A stretch of 64,000 bases of DNA from Narcine bancroftii (lineage: Eukaryota): positions 21,638,001 through 21,702,000 of the forward strand of contig NC_091477.1 in the NCBI RefSeq assembly GCF_036971445.1. The letters are read 5' to 3'. Below the pieces are notes generated by a model. The model was not told where the DNA came from and did not search any database. It saw only the letters and a list, made by a program, of their open reading frames with translations. Numbering within the stretch: the first letter of the stretch is position 1; each line of letters starts with the position of its first letter. This document shows positions 49,801-62,768 of this stretch, one piece after another. The translations under genes and the position numbers were made by a program.

Positions 49801-52800
49801 TTGCTATCTTCCACAAGAATGGTTTGCAGACTCTGGTTTGCACAGGTTTTGAAATGGATATTTGGTTGCCGTAGGAAGAAAGGAACAGTAGGAGGGAGAG
49901 TCTATCAAATGGTGAAATTGATAGAAACAGAGTTCAAATGTTGTCACCATACTTTGGTATATGCATAGGCAGTCTTGCAAAATAGATGGAAAATCAATCA
50001 TTTTAAGAATTGAGGGGACAGAAGTTGCTGAGAATTAGGAGAAAAAATTTAAATATATTGAAACTATTAAAGGAAGTTTTGCTTTTGAAGGCTATCTAAA
50101 GTTTAAAACTGGCAAGGATGTTGCTAAGTTGATGACTTCTAAAATGTTAGGTCCAAAAGTTGCATAGATGTTTGTTGAGATTATTAAAAAGAGCTGGAGT
50201 TTTAAACTGATATATGAAGATAGGAAAGCCAACTGGCATTGGAATCTTTGATTGACAGAACAATGTTGACTGTCATGTCATGCCAATGAAACAAATGTAG
50301 CAAATTAATGCAGCTATGGTCTATTATACTGATGTACAATTATATTACATTCAGTTTTACTTCTTGAAAAGAGCAATTATAACTTAATTTCTATAGGTCA
50401 AATATGTGCAAAGATTTTTTTCTGTTTTTCAGTAAATGATAATTCATTTCAAACAATAACACCTCAATGTAAGCCCTAAAACTATTCTTTAGAACATTTC
50501 CCCATGTTAAGTGTTGACTTTTTCGAGTAGACCTTGACCATTAATTCATCGTAACATTGATGAATTTCAATGCTTTATTCAATTTCATCCCATTCTTAAC
50601 TGGGACAAACCTTTGACAATCTCTAACTCTGTAGCTAAACTGAATGAATTGGTCTGTAAACAAAGTTATTCTTTTGTAGAACAGGTTCATAGAGAGATCA
50701 GGGATGTTATTGGTGAGTCCAGATCTCCTTCCTTCAAAGACAGACATCGTATGCCATTCACAGAGGCAACAATAATGGAAATTCAGCGGATGACTACAGT
50801 TGTTCCACTAGCCATTCCACATATGGCATCAGAAACTGTTGGTAAGTTTGCAATTAATAGTCATTACACAAGAAACTATGAATTAAAGATTCACCCAGTT
50901 TTATTCTGCATTTCCCATAGTTAATTGACGTAGCGGTTAGCATAATGCCTTTACAACACCAGCATCAGGACCAGGGTCTGTGAGGAATTTGTACATTCTT
51001 CCCATGTCTGCGGGGGTTTTTCCCAGGGGCTCCGGTTTCCTGCCACCATTCAAAAACATGATGGGGGTGTAGGTTAATTGGGTGTAAATTGGATGGCATA
51101 GACTCGTGGGCCGAAATGGCCTGTTACCATGCTGTATGTCTAAATTTTAAAAATTAAAATCATAATTTGTGATACACTTTTACATTATTAATCGTAGCAA
51201 ACTTGACACAAATTTGGATAATAAAAGCAATAATGCTCAAAACATCTTGGAACATCTGTAGAAACAGAAGCAATTAATATTTCAAGTTGAAGACTGGGAA
51301 ACCAAGAGAGGCTTTAAGTTGCAGATACTGTGAGGAAGGATTGGATAGATCAGAGTATTCTCTGTCCCAGGGTTGCCTTGGGAACAAAATGTTAATTAAG
51401 TCATATACATAATAAAATGTGCATGTGTAATGAAATTCTTCATTGGATAAGTCAATCGCCATTTGGAAAGAGAGTACATGAACGAAGAATATTAAATTTC
51501 CAACTTGTAGAGCTGAAAGAAATGGTCCGTAGATCAAGCTATACTAAAAGTGAGAGAATTTTATTTATCTGATCTCTCCAATATTTTTATTAACATCAAA
51601 AAATACATAAGGATATATGTTAAAAGTCAGGAAGATGCATTACTCTTAAATCATATCATTTCATCCAAGGTACCCCACATTTTCAATCAAGCAAATTGTT
51701 TTGTATTGACATTTTATTATAAAAACGAAAATCTGAACCCACTACCAAGAAAGAAATTGTTTGGCCAAAAAAAAGACAGAATTCTTATTAGAGTGATAAA
51801 TTACCTCATTAGTCAACACATTCTACCTTCATATCAAATCAAAGATTATGAAAGTAATTCAAAAAGGGTCCCCATAATGTTTGAAAATTTGAATTCAAAT
51901 CAGAAATTGAGCATCTAATCTTCCATAAATTTAAACATGACATCCGTAATCATTGAGCATGAGTAGGCGGAACAACGTGCCTCCATCTAGCCATAAGAGA
52001 AATAAAAGCTAATACATGCAGATCAGATGCTGTTAAAGTTGTGTTATTCTCTCCAGCAATACCAAATAAACCAGTTAAGGGATTAGGTTTAAATTTAACT
52101 TTAAAAGTGCAGAGAAAGTTTATCACAACGAGGAGATACATCTGCATAAAAACAAGATAGTTTGACTTTGGAAATGTGAGCCCTATGGACTACTTTAAAT
52201 TATAAGAGAGTGGCAGGCAAATAAAGATGAGGTATAAACTAATTTGAAAATTACACTTCGTTTCTTCAGAAATCTAAAGCTGTAGGTTCTGTTCCCAGGC
52301 TTGTTTTTAATCTTATCTGAGGGAGTCTCTTATTCCCAACAACATATCATAAATGTTAGATATTGAACCATTATAGAAAGGTTGTAAGTTAAAAATTGCA
52401 CCAATTAAATTCTTATCAGTTCTCTTAGGAAATGTATGATCTGATCCCTCAATTGGATTTTGTACAACAGAACTGATCAGTTCTGATGCAGACAAGTGAA
52501 GTCATTGAACAACAACGAGAAGCTGGAGGAAGTCTGCGAGTCAGATTGCATCCATAGATAGAAATGGTCAATCAATATTTTGGATTTAATTGAGATGATC
52601 AATCAAGACAATGCCAAACCTGCTGAGTTCCTCCAGCTTCTCATTGTTTGCTCATGCGCTCCTGTATCTGCAACTTTTGTGTTTCTCCTGTTGAGTTCAT
52701 TGCTGAGTCTGGAGGACCATAGCATATCCAAATGGAAGATTAAGGTGCTGCTCCTCAAGCTTGCATAGAGCCTCATTATCGTAGCATTGGCCATGGGTAG

Positions 52801-55800
52801 GTAGGTTAGCTGAGAGGTGGAATGGAGAATTAAAGTGGCAGGCATTAGGGAAGGAATTAGAGCGGCAGCCTCTTGAGGAAAGGTTCTGGCCCAAAACATT
52901 GACAATTCTTTTTCTCCTATTGATGCTGCACGGCTTGCTGAGTTCCTTCAACAGATTTTTTTTGCAATTAATTTAAATAGTTTAAATTTAAATCAATTTA
53001 ATTCATGCCTTTGCTCCTCACAAGTATAAATAAATTGGATGGAACTATTCCAGGTGCTTAGGGCCATCTCATGTAACCAATGAAGCAGAGGACATTCTGT
53101 AAAGTAAGAAAAATATGTGCTGAAATTAGAAATAACACATTTTTATTTCTAAGATTCTGAAATTTAGCAGGATTGAGCAAAATAATTTTGGATTTAAAAA
53201 AAAAAGTAAGATTTATCTCTCTCCCAAAAATATTTTTTTGCAGACTTTAAAGGTTATTCTATTCCAAAGGGAAGCATTGTGATTGCAAATCTTTGGTCAG
53301 TCCACAGAGATCCGAGCATGTGGGAGCAACCTGATGAATTTAATCCTTCTCGCTTCTTGGATGCAGATGGAAATATAATAAAAAATGAAGCTTTCATGCC
53401 TTTTGGAATCGGTAAGAGTTTGTATTTTGTGTCATATCACTAGTTAAACAGTTTTTCTTAAATTATTCTATTTAAACAGTACCATTTCTCAGCTAAGGGA
53501 AAAATGTGGGCATGTTCAAAGAAACTATGTGCTTATGCACAGGTTTTGAATATTGCTGCCACAACAAGCAACATGAAAGCTAAATGGTGGGCTGGACTTG
53601 ATTGTAAAAAGCAATGAGAACATGAGTGGAGATGTTTTACAGAAATTATATAAGGGCCCCTGTGATACCACAGGTTCATGTAACAAAGGGGAAACTGAGA
53701 TGTCAAATGAGGAGACATCAAGCAATAATGCCTATATTCTTTCAAGACCTGATTGTATTGAAATACAACATGTGTAAGAGCCCTCAGAGCAGAGGTGCAA
53801 CTAGTTGAACGGCTACCTCACAACATCAGAGATCTGGCTTCATTCCTGAGCTTGGATGCTGTCTCTATAGTATTTGCACATTCGTCCAGACACCACCTGG
53901 GTTTCCTTTGGGTGCTCTGGTTCCCTACCACATCCCAAAATTTGCAGTTCAGTGGGTTAATTGCCCATTGTGAATTGCCCCTCCTAGAGAGTAAGTGAGC
54001 AGTAGAATCGGGTGGGGGTGGGGGGGGGGGGAGTTTATGACATGTGAGAATTGGGTTGCTGTGGTGTTTGTAGAAAGTATCAGGTTCGGTGGGTTCACAA
54101 AGAGTCGAGTTTGGACGTAAGTATTACAATCAAAGGTAGCTTAAATGAGCACATGGGAGACAAACAGAGGAAGACATCAAACGATACTTAATTACTCTGC
54201 TACCAAATAACTATATAGACATTCACATCAGACCCAGGTTGAACTCCAATACCGGTGGCCACCAATCTTCTACACGGCATGAGACAAAAAACTATAATGG
54301 TGCAAGCAGGCACAAGGGACTCTGATACTCGTGGCTGCTTACCCTACCACACTTCGTGCATGTGCACACACTTCACAGACACGGACTTTCAAACACAGTC
54401 CTGATTCCCTGTACCAATGGGGGTGCAGCTCTATTCAAGTACTGATCTATTGCAGTACTATGGCTCAATTCTGTGTAGTGCACGCCTTACCTGTGACTCC
54501 TCTAGTGATGTTCACAGTAACAACCTGGCATGGAGTGATGTCTGGGACTTGCACCAAGAGGCAGAGAGAAATAAATGTGGCAGGCATCGATCTTTGTACC
54601 ATTCTGAGCTGGTCATCAATGATGACACTGAATCATTTAAGTGAGCCAGCGGTAAGTTGTGCACTAATGGATGGCTGGGGTCCACCTTGATGTGACTTTC
54701 GAATATGATTCAGACAGGGAGGTCTGGTGTGTTCCACCACAATCCACGTATGACAGATGCAGACGCAAGATAAGAGGTTAGCCATTCAAGTCAGAAGGCC
54801 ATTTTATGTCAGGCCTCCTACAAGGGTGGATCGAAAACTCTCCACCATCGCATTCATATCGAGAGGTGCCTCATAATGCCCTCTGGAGCCGATGGAGGCA
54901 GGCAACTGGTGCTGTAGCATAAATTTATAGCAGAGCAATGGCCATCTTCCCTACCCAGTGATCTGGATGATAATGTGGTAAATTGGACCAGCAAGTTTGC
55001 TAATGACACAAAGATAGGGGGCGCTGTGGACAGCAAGGAAGATTTTCAAAGCTTGCATAGGGATCTGGACCAACTGGGAGAATAGACCAAAAAATAGTAG
55101 ATGGAGTTTAATGCAGACAAGTGTGAGGTGATGCATTTTGGAAGGATAAACCAAGGTATGGTGATGGTTGGAAGGATAAACCAAGGTATGGTGTGGTGTA
55201 CACAGTAAATGGTAGGGCACTGAGGAGTTTGGAAGAGCAGATACATTGTTCCCTGCAGGTGACTGCAGATGGACAGGGTTGTTATGAAAGCTTTTGGCAT
55301 CTTGGCCTTTATAAATCAAAGTATTGAGTATAGGAGTTGGGATGTTATGTTGAAGTTGTTAAGACATTGGTGAGGCCAAATTTGGAATATTGTGTGCAGT
55401 TCTGGTCGCCCAACTACAGGAAGAATATTAATAAGATTGAAAGAGTGTAAAGATATTTACTGGGATGTTGCTGGGTCTTCAGGTGTTGAGTTACAGGGAA
55501 AGATTAAACAGGTTAAACTTTATTCCTTGGAGTGAAGAAAAATGAGGGGAGATTTGATAGACGTTTACAAGATTATGAGTGGTATAGACAAAGTGGATGT
55601 GAGTAGGCTTTTTCCATTTAGATTGGTGGAGATAAATACAAGAGGTCATAGCTTTAAGCTTAAAGGGGGAACACTAGGGGAAAGTTCTTCACTCAGAGTG
55701 TGGAATGAGCTGCCATCTGATGTGGTGAATGCAAGCTTGATCTTGAGCTTTAAGAATAAATTGGATAGATACATAGATGGGAGAGGTCTAGAGGGTTATG

Positions 55801-57343
55801 GAATGGGAGCAGGTCAATGGGACTAGTGAAATAATGGTTGGCACAAACTAGAAGGGCCGAAGGCCTGTTTTCTGTGGTGTAGCATTCTTTTGTCCTTCTG
55901 AGATTGGCTGTCAGCTGCAATTAAAGTTAAAGTAGGGTGCTCTTGACACACACACACACGCTATTGAAAATGTTACGAGCCCAGAGGACCCCAAAACCCA
56001 GCAGTAATAGGTAATCACCAAGACAAATGGTTAAACAAAAGTTGCTTTTAATTATTTTCAAACATGAAAACAGGATCACACTTTAACTTATCACTATTAA
56101 CTTAGCTAATCTAACAACCCCCTTCTAATTCTAAGCGCACATGTATGTAATGTGTAAGTTTAGAAAAGTTCTTTGATTCACAAGTCCAATCTCACTTCTT
56201 ATTCCTCCAAGTTTACTAGTTGCAGGCAATTCTTGTACTGTGCACAGAGGTTCACCAGGCTTTGGTGCTTGAAAGTTAAATGGTTACTGCTCAGGAACAT
56301 TCTTGTCGGTTTTCAGAGAGAAATTTGTTGCTTGCTGGACATCCACAACTGGTTCCATTAATCAGTCACTTCAGTGTCTTGTTGAAGAAACTTGCCCCCT
56401 TCAGGGTTTTCCAGATGATAACCTCTTTCTTTCAGGTCACCTTTTTGTTTCTCTTAGTTCAAGTGAAACATTAGGCAGCCAGTCCTCTCCTCTTGTATGA
56501 ACCACAAGGGCTTTGACCAAGCTGAACTAAGCAGTCAAAAACCCATCTTCAAAATGGGGTTTTTCCACAAGCTTGTCAGGTTCCAGCTCACCTGCTGCTG
56601 CTGAACTCTAGTACTGCAGAACTGATCTCTCTCTCTCTCTCTCTCTCACATGCACAGAGAAAAGCCTGTTTGACTCCCTCTCTGTTTGCAAAGACCACAT
56701 GACTCTCTTAGAACAGGAAACAGCATTCCCAGACAGCCTACGGCTCCGAACCTACTCCTCTGAGTTCTTTCATCTGTTGCTTTTTTTTTGTAAACAACAA
56801 TCCATCATTGAACTCTCTTGGGCACTCTCCAAAGCTTTTGTAAGGGCTCTTGGAGGCTGCCCTGTCTAGCTTGAGCAGAGCTCCAGTATTTTAAATAAGA
56901 TAATAAGATCTGTTTGAAATGTTTTATGTGACCTACACTTAAAAAAAACTGCTCCAATTTATCTCCAAAAAAATCTATAATCTCTCACAAAAAAGAGAAG
57001 AGGGCTTTGAGTTTCAGCCATAAAATTAGATGGTTTTGTTTTCTTCATTAATTTGAAGAGAAGTAGGGCTATGCAATGGAAGAAATCTGTCACTAGATGG
57101 CACTGTGCAATAGTATGTTGTACTTCAGATTTCTCTTACATTGGTCCCTTGTTTTTTTAATCAGGAAAAAGAATCTGCATGGGAGAGCAAATGGCAAAGA
57201 TGGAACTGTTCATCATCTTCAGCAGTCTCCTGCAGTCATTTTTCTTCAAACTACCTGAAGCTATTGATGCACCAAATATGACTGGTCAATTTGGTCTCAC
57301 TCTGTCTCCACATCCTTTTAAAATCATTCCTGTTAGAAGATGA
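37500..57343 (+). CDS. CYP2U1: Cytochrome P450 2U1-like; join(37500-37860,48269-48904,50680-50841,53244-53411,57165-57343), 501 aa
   Basis: Five exons of 361/636/162/168/179 nt (1506 nt), all phase-1 GT-AG introns. N-terminal TM helix followed by PAGP; WxxxR (WKEQR); I-helix AGTDTT; ExxR (EIQR); PSRF; heme motif FGIGKRICMG. CYP2U1-type segments: [27 protein letters not shown]. May be a paralogue rather than the orthologue. Confidence 0.88.
38023..44561. repeat. Tandem satellite, 31-bp unit GATGCCGCTCATCAAGAYGTGCTTGTCCMAG with interspersed 55-bp (31+24) units
   Basis: Directly visible, about 6.5 kb in CYP intron 1. Confidence 0.98.
44562..45086. repeat. Minisatellite, 25 x 21 bp GCCGCTCGTCAGGGTGGGCTT
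   Basis: 525 bp, near-perfect, abutting the 31-bp array. Confidence 0.98.
45540..47560 (-). mobile_element. Degenerate L1/Tx1-like ORF2 fragments
   Basis: Broken minus-strand frames, e.g. GFIDANN, RQKYLPK, ESAPAML. Confidence 0.4.
48269..48904 (+). CDS. CYP2U1: CYP2U1-like exon 2 (GIVFAPYG...ASYPEIQ)
   Basis: 636 nt, within ORF 48247..48915; ttttag acceptor and G|GTACT donor. Confidence 0.93.
50680..50841 (+). CDS. CYP2U1: CYP2U1-like exon 3 ([12 protein letters not shown]...PHMASETV)
   Basis: 162 nt, K-helix ExxR motif, GTAAGT donor. Confidence 0.93.
50925..51155 (+). mobile_element. V-SINE-like element (older copy at 53780-54000)
   Basis: gtagcggttagc A-box, core gctccggtttcc, tail atgtctaaattttaaaaatt. 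Confidence 0.65.
51550..52490 (-). mobile_element. Degenerate L1-like 3' ORF2 fragment
   Basis: Minus-strand PNPLTGLFG and LAFISLMAR peptides, typical of fish L1 C-termini. Confidence 0.45.
52500..52955 (-). mobile_element. Penelope-like 3' fragment with inverted terminal segment
   Basis: KLEEQHL peptide; GCTGAGTTCCTCCAGC-type motif present in both orientations. Confidence 0.55.
53244..53411 (+). CDS. CYP2U1: CYP2U1-like exon 4 ([10 protein letters not shown]...FMPFGI)
   Basis: 168 nt, PERF-like PSRF motif, ttgcag acceptor and GTAAG donor. Confidence 0.93.
54060..54741 (-). mobile_element. Diverged family B-related LTR in CYP intron 4
   Basis: TGTGGTG/CACCACA termini; shares the acctggcatggagt block with 36375-36391 in reverse orientation. 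Confidence 0.6.
54960..55885 (+). mobile_element. CR1-type LINE 3' fragment
   Basis: [49 protein letters not shown]. Confidence 0.8.
55971..56989 (-). mobile_element. Solo LTR, family A, copy 3
   Basis: TGTTAC...TCACA termini, AAAA on both flanks, homologous to 6195-7192. Confidence 0.75.
57165..57343 (+). CDS. CYP2U1: CYP2U1-like exon 5 ([16 protein letters not shown]...IIPVRR*)
   Basis: 179 nt, contains the heme-ligand Cys, TGA at 57341-57343. Confidence 0.93.
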
Positions 57344-57841
57344 ACTATTTTCTGGAACAGGTTATTGTCTTCCAAGTTGTGTTTACATTTGCAGCAATGA
57401 AGGAAGATGATATCTCTTCAGTACTTTGTATATATAACTTTGTATACATTATAACTTGTATAAGATGCCAATCTCTAATTTGTCTCCTTTATTAGTGTAG
57501 CAATAGATGTGTCACCAAGGGCAATAAATGAAAGTTACAATTAACCTGAGGAAGTATTCAGTTTCATTCATGTTCTTTTCTTCCTTTGCACAAAGACCAA
57601 GACATTTCCTATTTCTGGGATCTGACATCTGTATTTGAGATGCTTAAGATTGCAATGTACATTCCATTTTAAATCTTTTATTCTTGTAAACTGCCTACAC
57701 TGCAAGAGAAAAAAACACTATTGTGCACAGTTTTTATACTTCTGTTTTTTTGTTTTAATTTCCAATACTGACTCAGAGACATCACAATGTTGAAGTGAGA
57801 AGCAGGGCTCCTATTATATTTACAGTTTAATCTTTCAGTGA

Positions 57842-57857
57842 AATAAATAACAATAAA
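57842..57857 (+). terminator. Candidate CYP polyadenylation signals (two AATAAA; another at 57523-57528)
   Basis: AATAAA hexamers followed by a T-rich tract. Confidence 0.45.
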
Positions 57858-58199
57858 GATCCAAATGCTGTAGATTTTTTTTAAACTTTCTCTTCCTGTT
57901 AAGTGGCTTTGGACTCATGGTTCTTATTATGTATTCTAAAACATTTGTACATTGTGGAGTTGCCATGTAAGGTTCTAAATTGGTAACCAGTGCACATGTA
58001 CTTATTCCTAATAGAGTGTGCTAGGTGCCATAGACCATTCAACTGCACAGAAATGAGCCTTTCAGTTTGTGCCAGCTGAGCTGCCTACTTGTGTCAGTTC
58101 CATTTGCCTACATATGGCTATAATCCTCTAAATTCCTTGTCTGTGTACCTATCGAAATGTCTTTAAGACATTGTAATTTTACTCAACCTCTACTGGAGT

Positions 58200-59190
58200 G
58201 TCGGGAGTTTTGCTTTTTTTCAGGTGAGTTTAAATTGATGCAGAGCAAGAACCTTGGCAATTGGTTGGTCTCTGATACAGATAGAGCCAGCAGCAAATAA
58301 AAAGGGAAGCTCAAGCAGAGAGTCCATTGTTGGAGTTTCCAGTGTGTGAGTGGCCTGCTGGAGGATGGGTGAGTTGGAGGCTTTGGCTCAAAGGGCTTCT
58401 GCAAGCAGAGGCTGAGATGTTGGTGCAGGAATTGAGATAAAGTAAAGACAACCCTGTTGAAAAACAAAAGGATTCAGCAAGAGGGCACAGGCAAGGACAG
58501 GTTTTTCTAACTTTTTTTTCCTCTATTTCATAGGGAGTGGAATAGCAAGCCAGGGTAAACACATACTCCTCTTGCAGAATGTGGATAGTGAGGGAAGCCA
58601 ACAGTGTCTCTGACTTCATCTATGAGAAGTGCATCCAACTGCAGCTCCTTTCAAACCATGTTAGAGAATTGGAACTGGAGTTGGATCATTCGGGAGGCTA
58701 AGGGGCTAATAGACAGAAGGTGCAGGGACCCAATAGGAGATGCAATAGGAGGAAGGTAGCTGGGTCACAGTCAAGAGTGACAAAGGGAGTAGACAGGCAG
58801 TGCAGGATACTCCTATGGCTATTCCCCTTAATAGAATGTTTACATACTGTTCAGAGGGATGAGCTACCAGGGACAGGTAACAGCGGTTAGGTCTCTGGAG
58901 GAGAAGAGGCAAGCTGTAGTGATAGGGGGATTCAATATAAGTTGAAAGATTTTGTGGAAGAGACAGAATCCCAGATGGTATGTTGCCTCCCAGCTGCCAG
59001 GGTCCAGGACATCTCAAATCAAGTTCATGGTATTCACAAGAGGAAGGTGAGCAGCCAGATGTCATGGACAGTGTAGGGACCAATGATATGGGAAGGAATG
59101 GCGATGAGGTCCTGCAAAGTGAGTTCAGGGAGTTAGGTGGGTGGGGGGGGGGGGGGGGGGTGGGGTGGGGAGATAATATCAAAGGATAGA
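58200..59190 (+). mobile_element. CR1-type LINE 5' region (ORF1 zinc finger/esterase remnants)
   Basis: EKCIQLQLL, RELELELD and VGTNDMGR peptides. Confidence 0.6.
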
Positions 59191-60641
59191 TCAATAAATA
59201 TTCATCATTGCAACTAGTGCAAGAAAAACAAGTGGTGTTTCAGTAGTATAGAGAGTTCTGTTGGTGGTCCTGGATACTTTCAATGGATGGGAGGTTGTCC
59301 ATGGAAGCATAGGTGTATCTAGGGTGTGGCAGCCAGTTACATGCCCTGGGCGCCATTGTCCTTGCTTGCCCAATATCAAACTCCTGAGCCCAACAAACAA
59401 TCTCCATCTGACAAAAGAACTTCCAGTTATGGATGACAGTCTGAAGTTCTTTAATGACACAATCACTTTTTGCTTTCTGATGGAAATCAAGCCAGTGTCT
59501 GTCAGACAGGTTGAACGGATTTGTAAACAGACGATTTAGAGACCCACTAAGCTTATCAACTAGTCTCATAATGAAGCACTGGATAAAACAAAGCCATGTG
59601 GCAAGGATCCTCTGTGATTGTGCAGCTCTTCACGTGCTTTGTGAAGCACATTTATTTATACATGTAAATATAATTGTCAAGTTCATCTATTTTACAAAAA
59701 TAAAATGTTTCTTTAGTTTGGTAGGAGCGTGGCTGAATATGTGACTATTAGATTAATGCTATTAGATTAATGGCAGACCGCAGGCTGTCGCTGATCCCTA
59801 CGGTACCTAACTCCATCCGTTGACACTCCCCACCTCCCACTCCCCGCAAACTCCCAATGCCAATTGCTCTAGGATCGAGCTGTATCGCTATCTTTGGCAC
59901 ACTTTTCAATTTAAAAGGGTGGAAAATTTGCTAAAAGTATAACTTTTAAAATAATTGCATATAATGGAATAAACTAAAAGCAATATATAAAAAAGCAAAT
60001 GAAAACCAATTTCAAAGAAAAAGTGAAGCCAAGGTCCAGGCTTCAAAGAATTTTTTGCATTTGGCTTTTTAAAAAATCTAAGCTACTTGATAATCAGTCT
60101 ACCCATTGAAAGACAACAAGATCATTCTGATTTAAGGCTGGAGTCTTGATAATTTCAGATTGAAACATTGACAATTATTTTTCTCGCAATGATTCTTGAC
60201 CTGCTGAGTTCATCCAGTAAATTGTATTTTGATATAGTTACAATAAAACTCTGCAAACTGTTGATTGTTTGGCATATGGTTGAAAACTGACTTTTACAGG
60301 ACTCCCTCCAAACTCTTTGAGGACCCCGTTCACTTTTCCTTGACTAATTGGGTTGTTATCTTTGAAACTAAACCACGGCCCTATTACTAGCACTCACTTG
60401 AAATTCATAAGGGTCCTGTTTCCACCACACTCCCTTGAAATTCAATAGGCCACTGTTTCCAGTGCTTGCTGTAAACTCTTGTTTCACTGGAAAATGTATT
60501 ATACCACTGTGTATCATCTTTAAAACGGGAATTAAAAGCGTGTTGGTGTGTGACTGAAAAGAGTAATGTACTATAATCTGAAGAATTACCATTTCAACAG
60601 ATCTGTGAAAGATTAAACCTATGGATAATATTTTAAAAATT

Positions 60642-61476
60642 CTTTCTTTGGCTTGGCTTCGCGGACGAAGATTTATGGAGGGGGTAAAAAGTCCACGTCA
60701 GCTGCAGGCTCGTTTGTGGCTGACAAGTCCGATGCGGGACAGGCAGACACGATTGCAGCGGTTGCAGGGGAAAATTGGTTGGTTGGGGTTGGGTGTTGGG
60801 TTTTTCCTCCTTTGCCTTTTGTCAGTGAGGTGGGCTCTGCGGTCTTCTTCAAAGGAGGTTGCTGCCCGCCAAACTGTGAGGCGCCAAGATGCACGGTTTG
60901 AGGCGTTATCAGCCCACTGGCGGTGGTCAATGTGGCAGGCACCAAGAGATTTCTTTAGGCAGTCCTTGTACCTTTTCTTTGGTGCACCTCTGTCACGGTG
61001 GCCAGTGGAGAGCTCGCCATATAACACGATCTTGGGAAGGCGATGGTCCTCCATTCTGGAGACGTGACCCATCCAGCGCAGCTGGATCTTCAGCAGCATG
61101 GACTCGATGCTGTCGACCTCTGCCATCTCGAGTACTTCGACGTTAGGGATGTAAGCGCTCCAATGGATGTTGAGGATGGAGCGGAGACAACGCTGGTGGA
61201 AGCGTTCTAGGAGCCGTAGGTGGTGCCGGTAGAGGACCCATGATTCGGAGCCGAACAGGAGTGTGGGTATGACAACGGCTCTGTATACGCTTATCTTTGT
61301 GAGGTTTTTCAGTTGTTTTTTTTTCCAGACTCTTGTGTAGTCTTCCAAAGGCGCTATTTGCCTTGGCGAGTCTGTTGTCTATCTCATTGTCGATCCTTGC
61401 ATCTGATGAAATGGTGCAGCCGAGATAGGTAAACTGGTTGACCGTTTTGAGTTTTGTGTGCCCGATGGAGATGGAG
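60642..61476 (-). mobile_element. 5'-truncated copy of the same RTE LINE
   Basis: Near-identical to 62769-63600; flanked by a possible TSD AAAATT (60636-60641 and 61477-61482). Confidence 0.92.
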
Positions 61477-62768
61477 AAAATTAGAGTTCTAATAAATTAC
61501 AACGTAATGTGTGAAATTTACAGCAATATGTCAGGTGGCACGGTTGGTGTAGCGGTCCCCCATCTAACTCCCAACGTGACAGTGATGGATGCGCAGAGTT
61601 GATTTGAATTGTTTATCAGGTTTCAATGCATTCCAGAAATACCAACTGTTTGCATTGTCAGTGAAGACTCGCCCTCGACTCCTGATAGGTGACAGGCAGT
61701 ACAGGGCACAATGAAAATGTAGAGCTTTGTTGGCAGTGGGTGGGGTTAAACTTGGTGGCTCTCTTCTTCTCAACGACTGCTGTCATAAAAACACTGGTGC
61801 GAGGGGAGCCAAAAAATGCCAAACCAAACTGCAGCAAAGGCACAAAATTAAACTGTATCAACTTTTAATGGAAACGGAACAGCTATTTCCACAAAGGAAT
61901 TTGATATTCTTTTGAAGAAAACATAATTAGTGTCGTTGACTGTCTTTTATCGTGATTCTTTGATGAGCAAGCATTGGCCTACACTGGAGCACCCGACGCT
62001 GGACTCCGTACCTCCCCTCAGCCTATATCGGAGCTCCCGACACCCAAATCTGAGCCAGGGCTGAGGAGGGTGTGTGCTGAAGGATGAGTTTGAGTGTGGG
62101 CTTCGGCATCTTCCTGCTTCTCTCCCACCAGGGGCTCAGTGCCGAGTGTCACCTCTCTACCAAAGGTAAGAGAAGACACCTGTAGGGATGGTGACAGCTA
62201 CTCAACACCTTTAACTTTGGTGGCTCCACTCTGGCCCGGGGAACGCCACTTGTTGCTTTTATTCAGTGAATGCTGACCTTTGAAGTAGGCAGAGGGTTTT
62301 TTTAAATTGAAACGGACTGTCGTGCTTTTTAAGGTGTAGATAGCTTTCCAATATCTCAATATATCCCACACAATGTTGGTTATTACTATTTTAGGGTTCT
62401 ACTGCGGTGAAGACAGGAAGGGAAGGGAGAGTTGATGGCATGGTGGCGGTGTGGGATGATTGTGGGATGAATGGTTGAAGTAAGTAGTTTTAACATGGGG
62501 GTGCAATTTCAGTGCTTGCCATAGGTGCTATTTTCCCTGGATACAGTTCTACATGGTAGACTTGTCTAGGTTTGCCACTCTGCACCTTCTGTGTTCCTGG
62601 GCACTTGAGTTTCCAAATGGACAAAGTTCATACCTAATCATTCCTTGCCCTTCCAAATTCCATGTTTAGCCTGCCTTCTGAAATGAATTTCAATATCAAT
62701 TGCGTTGCAATAAATACCAGCTCGCCAGTAGTGTTCTCATTTGTAAAGGAACCAGTAGAAATAATATA

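Noticed and set aside
50925-51000. tRNA-like A/B-box sequences in SINE heads (also near 12400 and 12950)
   Set aside because: No complete cloverleaf, and they run straight into SINE core sequence, so they are not tRNA genes.
55138-55196. 30-bp tandem duplication in a CR1 fragment (also a 14-bp duplication near 59746-59773)
   Set aside because: Ordinary slippage duplications in neutral sequence.
37500-57343. Assignment to CYP2R1 or a nine-exon CYP2 subfamily (2J/2K/2D)
   Set aside because: The intron positions (361/636/162/168/179-nt exons) and motifs such as LFYIIGDLF and VVPLAIPHM fit the CYP2U type.
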